A stretch of 64,000 nucleotides of DNA from Promethearchaeota archaeon (GTDB lineage: Archaea; Asgardarchaeota; Lokiarchaeia; Sigyniarchaeales; SOKP01): the NCBI GenBank assembly GCA_019894975.1, contig JAGXNO010000015.1:4645-68644 (forward strand), in the 5' to 3' direction. Of this stretch, positions 10,106-19,842 are shown piece by piece. How positions within the stretch are numbered: position 1 is the stretch's first letter; every line of letters starts with the position of its first letter. The position numbers were made by a program, and so were the translations under genes. The notes under the pieces were generated by a model. It saw only the letters and a program-made list of their open reading frames with translations. It made no database searches and was not told where the DNA came from.

Positions 10106-11566
10106 TTGAGTTCGAACTATGAAGATGTGATAATTGGATTAGAAGTCCATATTCAACTTACTAGTTTAAAAACAAAGTTGTTTTGTGCTTGTAATGCTGA
10201 TTATCGTGGTGCGGAACCAAATTCGTATAATTGTCCAATCTGTTTAGGGTTACCAGGTTCATTACCTGTTATAAATAAAAAAGCTATAGAGTATGCTACT
10301 AAACTTGCATTAGCATTAGATTGTAATCTAAACAGCATAAGTTATTTTTTTCGAAAGAATTATTTTTATTGCGATTTACCGAAAGGTTTTCAAATCACTC
10401 AATTTCACAAGTCTGGTGGAAAAGCTTTCGCAGATGGGGGAATAATTACTATTAAAACTAATGGTGCTAAGAAGGCGATAAAGCTAAATAGAATACATTT
10501 AGAGGAGGATCCTGCAAGGTTAGTACATAAGGGAAGTATCGCTACGTCCCCTTTTACTTTAGTAGATTATAACCGATCTGGCGTATGTCTTATTGAAATC
10601 GTGTCAGAACCAGTAATAAATTCTCCTGAAGAAGCAAGAGAATTTCTAAAACAATTAAAATCAATCGTTCAGTATACAGGTATATCAAATTTAGATTTAA
10701 CTGGGGCTGCTCGAGTTGATGCGAACATATCAATAAGAGGACATGAACGAAGTGAAGTGAAAAATATTAGTAGTTTTAGAGAAGTAGAACGTGCCTTGAA
10801 GTGGGAAATTCAACGACAAAGAAATCAGTTAAAGAGAGGGAAAATTTTAACTCAAGAAACTAGACATTGGGATGACAAAAGGAGGATTACAATTTCTCTA
10901 AGAACAAAAGAATTTGAAGCAGATTATCGATATTTTCCAGAACAGGATTTAGTTCCAATAAGAATCGATGATGATTTTATCAAAAAAGTTAAAGATATAT
11001 TACCAGAAATGCCCCTCGAGAGAGCAGTAAGACTTCACAGAGATTATAATTTATCAGAATTTGACTCAGAAAATTTAGTTCTAGATAAAGATATAGCTGA
11101 TTTCTATGAAGACGGAGTAAATTCTGACCCTTCATTCGGTCCGAATGAGTATAAACAATTTTGTAATTGGTTGATGAACGATATATTGCGACATTTAAAA
11201 GAACAAAATAAGACAATAAAAGAAACAGAAATTCACATCAAACAGGTAGTTGACTTAATAAACGGTATTAAGGAAGGAAAGATTACCACTAAAATAGCGA
11301 AGACATTTATAAGTGAAATGATGAATGGCTCTTCAATTTCTAAGATTATTGAGAAGAATGGTAAAAAGAGAATTTCTAATGAAGAAATTATTGAAAAATA
11401 TTGCAAAGAGGTAATCCAAGAGAACCCGAAAATCCTTGAAGATTATCATAAGAATCCAAAAGCAATAGAAGCTTTAATAGGCCGAGTTATGGGAAAAACC
11501 AAAGGTCAAGCCGCCCCTGAAATTACTAGGGAAATAATGGTTGAGCTCCTAAAAACATTGGGGTAA
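10106..11566 (+). CDS. gatB: Asp/Glu-tRNA amidotransferase subunit B
   Basis: IGLEVHIQL, RKNYFYCDLPKGFQITQ, HLEEDPA, DYNRSG, DYRYFPE, C-terminal YqeY-like domain. Confidence 0.95.
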   Translation: MSSNYEDVIIGLEVHIQLTSLKTKLFCACNADYRGAEPNSYNCPICLGLPGSLPVINKKAIEYATKLALALDCNLNSISYFFRKNYFYCDLPKGFQITQFHKSGGKAFADGGIITIKTNGAKKAIKLNRIHLEEDPARLVHKGSIATSPFTLVDYNRSGVCLIEIVSEPVINSPEEAREFLKQLKSIVQYTGISNLDLTGAARVDANISIRGHERSEVKNISSFREVERALKWEIQRQRNQLKRGKILTQETRHWDDKRRITISLRTKEFEADYRYFPEQDLVPIRIDDDFIKKVKDILPEMPLERAVRLHRDYNLSEFDSENLVLDKDIADFYEDGVNSDPSFGPNEYKQFCNWLMNDILRHLKEQNKTIKETEIHIKQVVDLINGIKEGKITTKIAKTFISEMMNGSSISKIIEKNGKKRISNEEIIEKYCKEVIQENPKILEDYHKNPKAIEALIGRVMGKTKGQAAPEITREIMVELLKTLG

Positions 11567-11603
11567 TGGAGTAAGCAAAAATTATTAAAAAAAGAGAAAA
11601 AAA

Positions 11604-11957
11604 TTATAACCATTTTCTAAGTTCTGTACTAGCAGCATCCAATTTTAGGTTGATAATTCCTAATTTAGCTTCCTTTGTAGTGATAATCGTAAGGATATTT
11701 CCCTCAATTTCGCTGAAAAGTATTTTTCCCTTCTCAGACTCTATTATTGCGCTGAAGAATTGACCTTGTTCTAATTCCTTGGTTGCTCTTTGACTTGCTT
11801 TTAAGATTAAGGTTACCATAGCTGCTACTGCCTCTGGATCTACCCATCCGGGTAATGCGCTACCTCTAATTAAACCAAATTTCTCAATTACAGCGGCACC
11901 ATGAACTCCTTTAATCGCCTTTAGAGAATCAAGCACTTGTATTATTCTTTCACTCAT
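11604..11957 (-). CDS. Roadblock/LC7 domain protein
   Basis: 117 aa; IKGVHGAAVI..GL, EAVAAM, ELEQG, AKLGII pattern. Confidence 0.85.
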   Translation of the reverse strand: MSERIIQVLDSLKAIKGVHGAAVIEKFGLIRGSALPGWVDPEAVAAMVTLILKASQRATKELEQGQFFSAIIESEKGKILFSEIEGNILTIITTKEAKLGIINLKLDAASTELRKWL

Positions 11958-12159
11958 CTAACTCATTCCAATTTTAATGTAGCGAGATTATAAATTCTAT
12001 AATTATTATGTAAGGTGTACTTATATATAAGTATAAAAATCTTAATTAAAAAAGCTATTTATCATTTTTTAAATTATTGGGGTTTCAATTAAGGATTAAG
12101 CATAAGTAACCATATTAAGATATTTATTTTATCAGAAGGGAAGTAATAGTCCAATTGCT

Positions 12160-12408
12160 ATGAAAATTGCTAAAGTGGTGGCCGTTGCGGCAGTCACTAC
12201 TATTGTTTCAGCTGCTTTGACTCCCGCAGTAGGTATTATTGCCGAAGAATTAGTAGGGGGAGGAACAATTGGGGGAAATGTCTTAGCTCAAACTGCGGAT
12301 GCAGCAACACAGGGGCTTAAAAATCTTGTAGATCCAATAAAAATTGTTAAAATGGGAGTTTCAAAAATAATAACAAAAGGTAAAGATCTCCCTGGTGCTA
12401 ACAGATGA
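12160..12408 (+). CDS. Small hypothetical protein, Ala/Val/Gly-rich N-terminus
   Basis: ATG-start 82-aa ORF filling an otherwise empty gap. Confidence 0.55.
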   Translation: MKIAKVVAVAAVTTIVSAALTPAVGIIAEELVGGGTIGGNVLAQTADAATQGLKNLVDPIKIVKMGVSKIITKGKDLPGANR

Positions 12409-12485
12409 TATAAAAAATAGTAATATACTTAACATATTCTTTTTTCATTTTCTTATTATAATCAATCAGTCAACAACAACATTAA

Positions 12486-12995
12486 GTGATACATATTTCT
12501 TTGGTTAAAATTGTTAAAGAAAGGAATGTTAGCTGGGGTATAACAATTTCCACAATACTTACTTCTGTAGCTTATGTAATAATCTCGATTATTTCTATAA
12601 TTATAGGAAAATATCTTTATTACGGCACGGTGCTCTTTGCCGATCTGCAATTTCTTTTAGGTTCTATTATTGGTGTGGTATATTGTTTAGGAAATCTCCA
12701 ACGTGATCAACCATTTTTGAAATATGGAATAATTGTGGGGATATTGGGAGGATTATTTTCTTCCGTATTCATAAGCTTATATCAAACTGTTTTGTTAGCA
12801 ATAACAGGAGGGGAAACAAATATTTTTATTTTCTTCCTATATCTTGGGTTCACACTTCTTTCTGGGATTGTAATCGGATTATTAACAGGAGCAATTTTAG
12901 GAACGATTTACATATATAAAGATATGAAAAAATACGATATTAAGGAAGATGAACACCTCGATGATGATTTTTTTAAGGATTTAATCGATAAATGA
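12486..12995 (+). CDS. Hypothetical membrane protein
   Basis: 4 TM segments and an acidic C-terminal tail; start uncertain. Confidence 0.7.
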   Translation: MIHISLVKIVKERNVSWGITISTILTSVAYVIISIISIIIGKYLYYGTVLFADLQFLLGSIIGVVYCLGNLQRDQPFLKYGIIVGILGGLFSSVFISLYQTVLLAITGGETNIFIFFLYLGFTLLSGIVIGLLTGAILGTIYIYKDMKKYDIKEDEHLDDDFFKDLIDK

Positions 12996-13042
12996 GTTTT
13001 GGATATTGGCTCATTAATAAAAAAAAAGAAGTAATAAGTAGA

Positions 13043-13981
13043 TTACATTAAAGCCGCTAAAGAAGACATTAATGTTTCCTTTTTAGGTTTTCCTTTTAAC
13101 AATTCTTGCTCAACGCGCTCAGCTAGAATCTGAGGTGTGAATTTCTCACCATTATTGTCTATTTGTTTATATGTAGTCCATCCTATTAGTGAAAAAACAC
13201 GATCTCCCACAGTTCTAAACACTTCCCCGTTGATTTTTGCAGCTTTATCTGAGGCTAAGAAAGCGACTAATGGAGCAACATTAGCAGGATCGAAGATATC
13301 AAATCCTTTCTTATCCTTCATTTTCATTGTATCTACCATCGTAGGTGTTGCGTCTGTGGTGAGTCTTGTTCTAGCAACAGGGACGATGCAATTTACAGTA
13401 GCATATTTTTTTAATTCCATAGAGGCTATATTTGTAAAAGCAGCAATACCTGCTTTCGCAGCACCATAGTTGGCTTGCCCTACGTTTCCCAACAAACCTG
13501 CATCAGATGCGGTATTAATAATCCGCCCAAAAGCACCTAAATCTGGATTAGCCTTTCCTTGTTCTCTAAAATATGCTGAAGCGTGTCTTGTTAAATTAAA
13601 AGTTCCTTTTAAATGTACAGCCATAATCGCATCCCATTCAGCTTCGGTCATATTGAATAACATGCGATCCCTAAGAATACCTGCATTGTTCACTAAAATA
13701 TCTAACCTACCTAACTCAGAAACAGCTTGATCGATCATAGCTTTAGCGGCATTAAAATCGGTGACAGAATTATAATTTGCTACTGCTTTTACACCCATTT
13801 TCTTAACTTCTTCTACAACCTCATCAGCTACTTTTGATTCTGATCCTGTTCCATCATGAAATGCACCTAGATCGTTTATAAGTAAATTACATCCCTCTTT
13901 AGCCATAATCAAGGCTTCTTCTCGTCCTAAACCACGACCAGCGCCAGTGATTATTGCTACTTTTCCATCTAACATTCCCAT
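13043..13981 (-). CDS. SDR-family oxidoreductase (MFE-2-like hydroxyacyl-CoA dehydrogenase type)
   Basis: TGAGRGLG, INDLG, NNAGILRD, YGAAK. Confidence 0.9.
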   Translation of the reverse strand: MGMLDGKVAIITGAGRGLGREEALIMAKEGCNLLINDLGAFHDGTGSESKVADEVVEEVKKMGVKAVANYNSVTDFNAAKAMIDQAVSELGRLDILVNNAGILRDRMLFNMTEAEWDAIMAVHLKGTFNLTRHASAYFREQGKANPDLGAFGRIINTASDAGLLGNVGQANYGAAKAGIAAFTNIASMELKKYATVNCIVPVARTRLTTDATPTMVDTMKMKDKKGFDIFDPANVAPLVAFLASDKAAKINGEVFRTVGDRVFSLIGWTTYKQIDNNGEKFTPQILAERVEQELLKGKPKKETLMSSLAALM

Positions 13982-14063
13982 ATCTTATCACATACAATTG
14001 GTTTATAATTAATTTTAATATAATAAATTGAATTGCAAGTTTAAAAAATTTTAAGGATTTTAT

Positions 14064-14475
14064 TTAATTTTGTAATTTACCCTTAAACTTGAAATCTGTA
14101 AATTCTTTAAAATAGAACAAATGGCTCCTACAATGACAATCAGATGAACCAAAGTCCCTAATAAAACTATCTGATAACTCTATCATTTCTCTAGCGATTA
14201 TACATTCATCGTTTTAAGGAAGGTATTAAAAATAACCTATTTAAACTACTTTTCTCATGATTTAATAGATAATCAATATGCCAATGTGTCTTTTTTTGAG
14301 TTGAGGGGCGTATATGTCTATTTACTCTTCCTTCTAATGTAGTTGAACCATTACCACCCATTCCCGATCCAATGTATAGGTAGGTTCCTTTTTCAAAAGA
14401 AATTCTTCCTAAAGCACCGACGATTAAATCTATGTTCTCTGAAATTAAAATTACCAAAATGTAGGATCCTTTCAT
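14064..14475 (-). pseudogene. DUF123/GIY-YIG-like nuclease, frameshifted near 14210
   Basis: MKGSYIL..YLYIGSG..RVNRH..HWHIDYLL stops at TGA (14206). The family C-terminus ECII...DFGSSDCHCRSHLFYF continues in a shifted frame to TAA at 14064. Confidence 0.8.
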
Positions 14476-14648
14476 TTCTTACAATTCTTCTTATGGTCTT
14501 GGTAACAACTATCACAAAGATATGCTCCGCATTTTTTGCAAACTTTACTGCATTCATCACAGAGATGATTACTGCAATCCTCACAATCAAAAATGACCGA
14601 GTCTGTATTTTCTCCACAATTTTCACATATGATATTTTCTTGGCTCAT
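14472..14648 (-). CDS. Small Cys-rich zinc-finger protein
   Basis: MSQENIICENC...CEDC...CDEC..VCKKC...CDSC; stop overlaps the next start (ATGA). Confidence 0.7.
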   Translation of the reverse strand: MSQENIICENCGENTDSVIFDCEDCSNHLCDECSKVCKKCGAYLCDSCYQDHKKNCKK

Positions 14649-14801
14649 AATACTCCTCTTATATTCATGTATAAAATTATGAAATATAAACAATTAGTCA
14701 AATAAATCTCTATTATTATTAGGTAAATAAGCGTTCTTGTTAAGATCCTCTCTGGGTAAGAACCCATTTTCTAAAACTTTTTTTAAATTAAAAAATTCAT
14801 A

Positions 14802-16583
14802 TTGATTAATCCTTTTAGTATTAGCTTGTTATCTATGGAAAAAGAACAAGACAAAACAGAAATTAAGATTGACTTCTCAAGAGAGCGGAAATTTTTTGAG
14901 CAAGAAGGGAGTTCGAGAGTTATAACTTCTGGATCTCTTTATATGTTTTTCGCTCTAGTTAATGCGGGATGTATTTGGGTTTTCATAATACTAGCTACTA
15001 ATTGGGAAGGACTAAAATATTTTGGTTTAACTACTGCAATAAATGGTATAGTTGGGTTGATTGGGATTGGGATTTCAAGATATTTTATTGCAGAAATTAA
15101 AACTGCTTTTATTATAAATGAAGAACTTGGACGTCTAAAAGCTGCTACTTATTCAAAAATCCTATTTTTAATTGGTTTATTCTTAGGTTTAGGGTTGATT
15201 ATGATACCCTTTATGTTTGGGTCCATCTTGACAAATCCACTATTAAAAGAATGTATTTTTGCTTCAGGATTTACCTCCATTTTATTACATACTAATTTTG
15301 TATTTCAAATAGGATTAGAAATTAAGAATAGATATGACATAATTGCCTTTCTATCAATATTTGCGGGAATTTTCCTGTTGATTTGGGGATATATATTCAT
15401 ATCTTTCAATATTAATCCTTTTTGGTTTGCTTTTTATCCGTTTTTCAATATCACCACTTTGTTTCTCTTGGCTTTTTATTTTTATAGGGAGGCTCCTTAT
15501 ACAATCATGGATATATTTAAAGCAGGTTTAAGGACGGATACTATGAAAGCTAGAACTTCTCCAGACGTAAGAGAACTCATTGATGAGCACCAAATTTGGT
15601 TATATATGAAGAATTCGATATATTCAATATTAACAAATATACAAAACTCAAAATTTTTTGAGGATATTTTATTCTTCTTTGCTGCTATCTATTTAGCGAT
15701 ATACGCTGATACCGAATACCAAGGTTTTGCATTAAGTTTATTAACTGTTTTAATGACTTATGGCGCCGTTAAATCCGTGATTTTATATTATTCTGCCCCA
15801 TTAAATATTGAAATAGCTGAAGCTTGTGCAAAAGGTAGTTATACTACGGTTGAGAATTCAATTAACGATTCTACAAGAGTATCTAGTATTTTAGCTCTTG
15901 GTTTTCTCACTGCGATGGTTGCACTTTCCGGAGAACTGTTACTTTATTTGCATAAGGATTTATTTTTAGATGGTGGGTCAATCAATACAGAAATCCTTAC
16001 GATGGCACGAGCATTATTTATTCTTATAATTTTAGGTCAATTCCTTTATGGGTATTCAACATTGTTCGGAAACGCACTAATAGGTTCGGGAAATGCTAAT
16101 TCAGCCGCGAGAGGTTTTCTAATAACAATAATATTAATATTCGTCTTATCTCCAATTTTTATTTCTCTTCTTGGTTTAATAGGTATTGGGATTGTAATGT
16201 TAATTTCAGCATTATTTTTGTTACCTTATACAATTTGGCAACTCAAACGAAAGCTTAAGGTACATTATAATGTTAAAATCTACCGATTAATCCCCAATTT
16301 GATAATTTTATTTACCATTCTATGGTTGTTCCCTATTAAAACTACTATCATTTTAATATTGGCTATAATCGTCGGAGCATCAATATATTTAATGTTAAAT
16401 CCTTTCTTTGGGGTGTCTATCCCTGCTGATCTACAAATGATTAATGATTTATTCAACGCCTTAAAAATGAAACAGTTGGGAGATATTATTGTTAATGCTA
16501 TGAGAACAACATATAACCTGAGCCCTTTAAATAAGGATAAAATAGTTCTTGAAGAAGATAGATTAGTTTTAGTTAAGAAGTAG
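14802..16583 (+). CDS. Multi-pass membrane protein, MATE/polysaccharide-flippase-like
   Basis: About 14 hydrophobic segments; ALIGSG and LGLIGIGI pattern of MOP-superfamily C-halves. Confidence 0.6.
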   Translation: MINPFSISLLSMEKEQDKTEIKIDFSRERKFFEQEGSSRVITSGSLYMFFALVNAGCIWVFIILATNWEGLKYFGLTTAINGIVGLIGIGISRYFIAEIKTAFIINEELGRLKAATYSKILFLIGLFLGLGLIMIPFMFGSILTNPLLKECIFASGFTSILLHTNFVFQIGLEIKNRYDIIAFLSIFAGIFLLIWGYIFISFNINPFWFAFYPFFNITTLFLLAFYFYREAPYTIMDIFKAGLRTDTMKARTSPDVRELIDEHQIWLYMKNSIYSILTNIQNSKFFEDILFFFAAIYLAIYADTEYQGFALSLLTVLMTYGAVKSVILYYSAPLNIEIAEACAKGSYTTVENSINDSTRVSSILALGFLTAMVALSGELLLYLHKDLFLDGGSINTEILTMARALFILIILGQFLYGYSTLFGNALIGSGNANSAARGFLITIILIFVLSPIFISLLGLIGIGIVMLISALFLLPYTIWQLKRKLKVHYNVKIYRLIPNLIILFTILWLFPIKTTIILILAIIVGASIYLMLNPFFGVSIPADLQMINDLFNALKMKQLGDIIVNAMRTTYNLSPLNKDKIVLEEDRLVLVKK

Positions 16584-16601
16584 AATATCTTATATGTTTT
16601 A

Positions 16602-17072
16602 TTAATATTTTTCAGTTACCTGATTTCTTATTATTAAAATTATTAATAGAATTTGCATTGCGATTAATGAATATAATAAAATATCAAGATAAAAACTCGC
16701 ATGGATGTCTATACCGAGCCAATTTTTAATCCAACATCCTGGATCACCATTATTAAATAGTAAGCAATCGGTGACTGATAAGTAAAGGATATGGAATCCT
16801 AATGAAAGAACTATTACAAGAATTCCTAAAATTATTTGAAAATAGAAACCTTTCTTAATACTTTGATTTTTAACAGGAGGATCAAATATAAATGATTGGC
16901 CTAATGATTTTTGATAGTTTTTCTTTACACGTCCAACAATTAGATCTTTTAAATTTTCATTCTCTTTCTTTAATAGGTTAATTTGGGTTATCAAATTCTG
17001 ATAGCTATTCTCAGATTTGCCGACTTGTTTTTCAAAATCCCCGTTTTTTTTTTTTACTTCTGATTTACTCAT
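16602..17072 (-). CDS. Hypothetical protein, N-terminal coiled coil plus 2 TM
   Basis: 156-aa ORF composition. Confidence 0.65.
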   Translation of the reverse strand: MSKSEVKKKNGDFEKQVGKSENSYQNLITQINLLKKENENLKDLIVGRVKKNYQKSLGQSFIFDPPVKNQSIKKGFYFQIILGILVIVLSLGFHILYLSVTDCLLFNNGDPGCWIKNWLGIDIHASFYLDILLYSLIAMQILLIILIIRNQVTEKY

Positions 17073-17316
17073 AGTTAAATAAATATGATTTTTTTAGGAA
17101 AGATATCCTCGAATCTGTAAACCCCTAATAATCTTAACCCAATTTATTACAAACTGAATAGTTAATAAGACTTTTCATATTAAAAAGTAATTAAAATTTG
17201 ATTTTTTCGTTACATTAAAACATATTTTGAAGTAAAACATATTTATAATAATGAGAAAATATTAATACCAAAAAAACGGAGCTCAAAAATCTTAATTACA
17301 AAAAAAGGAGGAAATT

Positions 17317-18177
17317 TTAATATTCATAGAATCCTTTTCCGCTTTTTCTCCCTAAAAGCCCTTCCCTTGCCATTTTTCTTAATAGAGGGCTTGGTTGATA
17401 GTTATTTCCAAGTTCTTTTTCTAAATATAATCCTATATGATCATAAATATCATTACCTACTAAATCAGACAGCTCTAAAGGGCCAATAGGAAAATTAAAT
17501 GCTAATTTACACGCAGTGTCGATATCTTCAGCGCTAGCGATTCCTTGTGCTAACAAGTTAATTGCTTCATTACACAATACATAAATTAGTCTGGTTGTTA
17601 CAAAACCAGGGGTATCATTTACAGTCACTACTGTTTTATCTAGACTTTCAGAAAATTTTTTTGATTTTTCCACAATTTCATCAGAAGTTTTCTTTCCTTT
17701 TATTAACTCAATTAGTTTCATTACTGGAGCTGGATTAAAAAAATGAATTCCTATTATCCTCTCCTGATTTATCGATTTTGTTGCCATATCTGTAATACGT
17801 AATGATGATGTATTAGACGCAAGAATTACATCTTTCTCACATTGAGCATCCAGATCAGCGAATAAGTTTTGCTTTAATTCCATATCCTCAAATACTGCTT
17901 CAATTACCATCTGTGCATCTTTAATTGCTTCGTCTTTATTGACGAGTAAATTAATTCGATTTAAAATTCTTTCTGCTTCTTCTTTAGAGATTTTATTTTT
18001 ATCAACATAAAATTTCTGTAAATTTTTATCTATCACTTCTTTAACTTTTCTTAATATATCATCACTTACATCAACTAAGTTTACATTTATACCGTGAGTT
18101 GCTAATAACTGGGCAATTCCCGATCCCATAATTCCGGCTCCAATTACGCACACATTTTTTATATCCATAACTCTCAC
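17317..18177 (-). CDS. 3-hydroxyacyl(butyryl)-CoA dehydrogenase
   Basis: GAGIMGSGIA, IEAVFE, ASNTSSL, GIHFFNPAPVM, PIGPLELSDLVG, GRKSGKGFYEY. Confidence 0.92.
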   Translation of the reverse strand: MRVMDIKNVCVIGAGIMGSGIAQLLATHGINVNLVDVSDDILRKVKEVIDKNLQKFYVDKNKISKEEAERILNRINLLVNKDEAIKDAQMVIEAVFEDMELKQNLFADLDAQCEKDVILASNTSSLRITDMATKSINQERIIGIHFFNPAPVMKLIELIKGKKTSDEIVEKSKKFSESLDKTVVTVNDTPGFVTTRLIYVLCNEAINLLAQGIASAEDIDTACKLAFNFPIGPLELSDLVGNDIYDHIGLYLEKELGNNYQPSPLLRKMAREGLLGRKSGKGFYEY

Positions 18178-18971
18178 TACTCTCTAAATTGGTTAAAATC
18201 AGGTTTTCTTTTTTCCAGAAATGCATTTTTCCCTTCTACTGCTTCATCAGTACCATAATAAAACGATAAACCCCCAACTCCAAGTTGAGTAACCCCTGTA
18301 ACCCCATCGGTCTCGGCCAAAAAGGCAAACTTTAGCATTTTTAATGCATTTGGACTCTTTTCTAGTAGTTCATTACACCATTGCTCTACTTCTTCATCTA
18401 ATTTCTCCATAGGGACTACAGCATTCACAAGTCCCATTTCCAGAGCTTGCTGAGCAGTATAACGTCGACAAAGATACCAAATTTCTTTAGCACGTTTTAT
18501 GCCTACGGCCCGCATTAAGTCCCCCGTTCCATAACCAGGATCAAAAGAGCCTACACGTGGACCAGCCTGTCCTAATTGGGCATGTTCTGCTGCAATACTT
18601 AGATCACAGTTGACATGCCAAACATGGCCACCCCCAATTGCATATCCATTTACTCTTGCGATCACCGGTTTAGGTAAAGTACGGATAGAATGTGTAACAC
18701 GTTGCCAACCGACTTCAAGAGGTAACATCTGACTTCCTTTATATCCCCCTTTTTCACGAGTGCTCTGATCCCCACCAGTACAAAAAGCTTTTTCTCCGAT
18801 ACCTGTAAATACTACCACACCAATTTTATTATCAAAGCATTTATCAAAAGCATCCATTAATTCATGAACAGTCTTTTGTGTGCATGCATTATAACGTTCA
18901 GGACGATTGATTGTTATTCGTGCCACTCGGTCTTTTTTTTCAAAAATTATATCTTCATAATCCAAATTCAT
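18177..18971 (-). CDS. MenB/BadI-family crotonase (DHNA-CoA synthase or 2-ketocyclohexanecarboxyl-CoA hydrolase)
   Basis: AFCTGGDQ, GYAIGGGH, GPRVGSFDPGYG, AFLEKRKPDF. Confidence 0.85.
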   Translation of the reverse strand: MNLDYEDIIFEKKDRVARITINRPERYNACTQKTVHELMDAFDKCFDNKIGVVVFTGIGEKAFCTGGDQSTREKGGYKGSQMLPLEVGWQRVTHSIRTLPKPVIARVNGYAIGGGHVWHVNCDLSIAAEHAQLGQAGPRVGSFDPGYGTGDLMRAVGIKRAKEIWYLCRRYTAQQALEMGLVNAVVPMEKLDEEVEQWCNELLEKSPNALKMLKFAFLAETDGVTGVTQLGVGGLSFYYGTDEAVEGKNAFLEKRKPDFNQFRE

Positions 18972-19180
18972 ATCAACTCTAGTTTATTATAATTTCATTT
19001 TGATGAGTATTCATTAAACATAATCTCATAAGACTTAAAACAACTATCCAAAATAAGTGCTTATAATTTCTTCAACTTCTAGAACTCAAGTATACTTTCT
19101 CTACTTTTATTATAATAAAAATTGCGTGAAACCTTCATTTCACGAAGATTCAAAGTAAAATTATGATTTGCCATAAAATA

Positions 19181-19708
19181 CTAGAATACCATTTTTTGCT
19201 TAATTTCCTGAACCATTTTATACCCATTTTCGTTAATTTCAGTTATAATGTCTCTTAATATTTCGTTGATGGCCAAACCGTGCAAATCACACGATACATA
19301 TAAAAGAGATAATATTTCCTTAGACAACATTGAAATATTTTTGATGTCATTAATTGGTATCCTTATTCCAAGGGCCTTCAAGTCTAAATGAGTTTCTTTT
19401 TCTTGTTGTCGAATTGTCAGTAAGACATCATTTTTTCTACCTTTCCACTCCTCGGTAATAGCTCTTATAGATAAGAGATAGCTTTTTGTTGGGCTTCCAA
19501 TCCCCATGACATCTTTTGCAAAATCTAATGCTTCGGAATTTCTTAATGATTTTAAGCCAAAAGTTCTATTGACCTTATAGTTCTTATCTAACTTATTTTT
19601 CATTTTAGAAATTTCATCAGTTAATTGTTCGACTTTTAATGCTAACTTCTCAAATTTTTCAGTAAATAATTCCTCAACGTTAAATTCATAATTACTCATA
19701 TTAGCCAC
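19181..19708 (-). CDS. Hypothetical protein
   Basis: 175-aa ORF; no motif recognised. Confidence 0.65.
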   Translation of the reverse strand: MANMSNYEFNVEELFTEKFEKLALKVEQLTDEISKMKNKLDKNYKVNRTFGLKSLRNSEALDFAKDVMGIGSPTKSYLLSIRAITEEWKGRKNDVLLTIRQQEKETHLDLKALGIRIPINDIKNISMLSKEILSLLYVSCDLHGLAINEILRDIITEINENGYKMVQEIKQKMVF

Positions 19709-19842
19709 TTGTAAAGATTAAATATAACATCATTTGAATTATTCTTTGATAAAACTATTTATTAACCGTTTATTCGTCGGAGAATTTCTAATTTTTTAAA
19801 AAAAGAAATAAAAAATAAATGTGATTTTTAAATAAGAATTCT

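Noticed and set aside
14206-14208. UGA as selenocysteine in the DUF123 gene
   Set aside because: In-frame readthrough hits UAG after four codons, and homology continues in a different frame.
19125-19144. Hairpin CGTGAAA-N6-TTTCACG
   Set aside because: A single 7-bp stem could be chance or a simple terminator/operator; there is not enough support.
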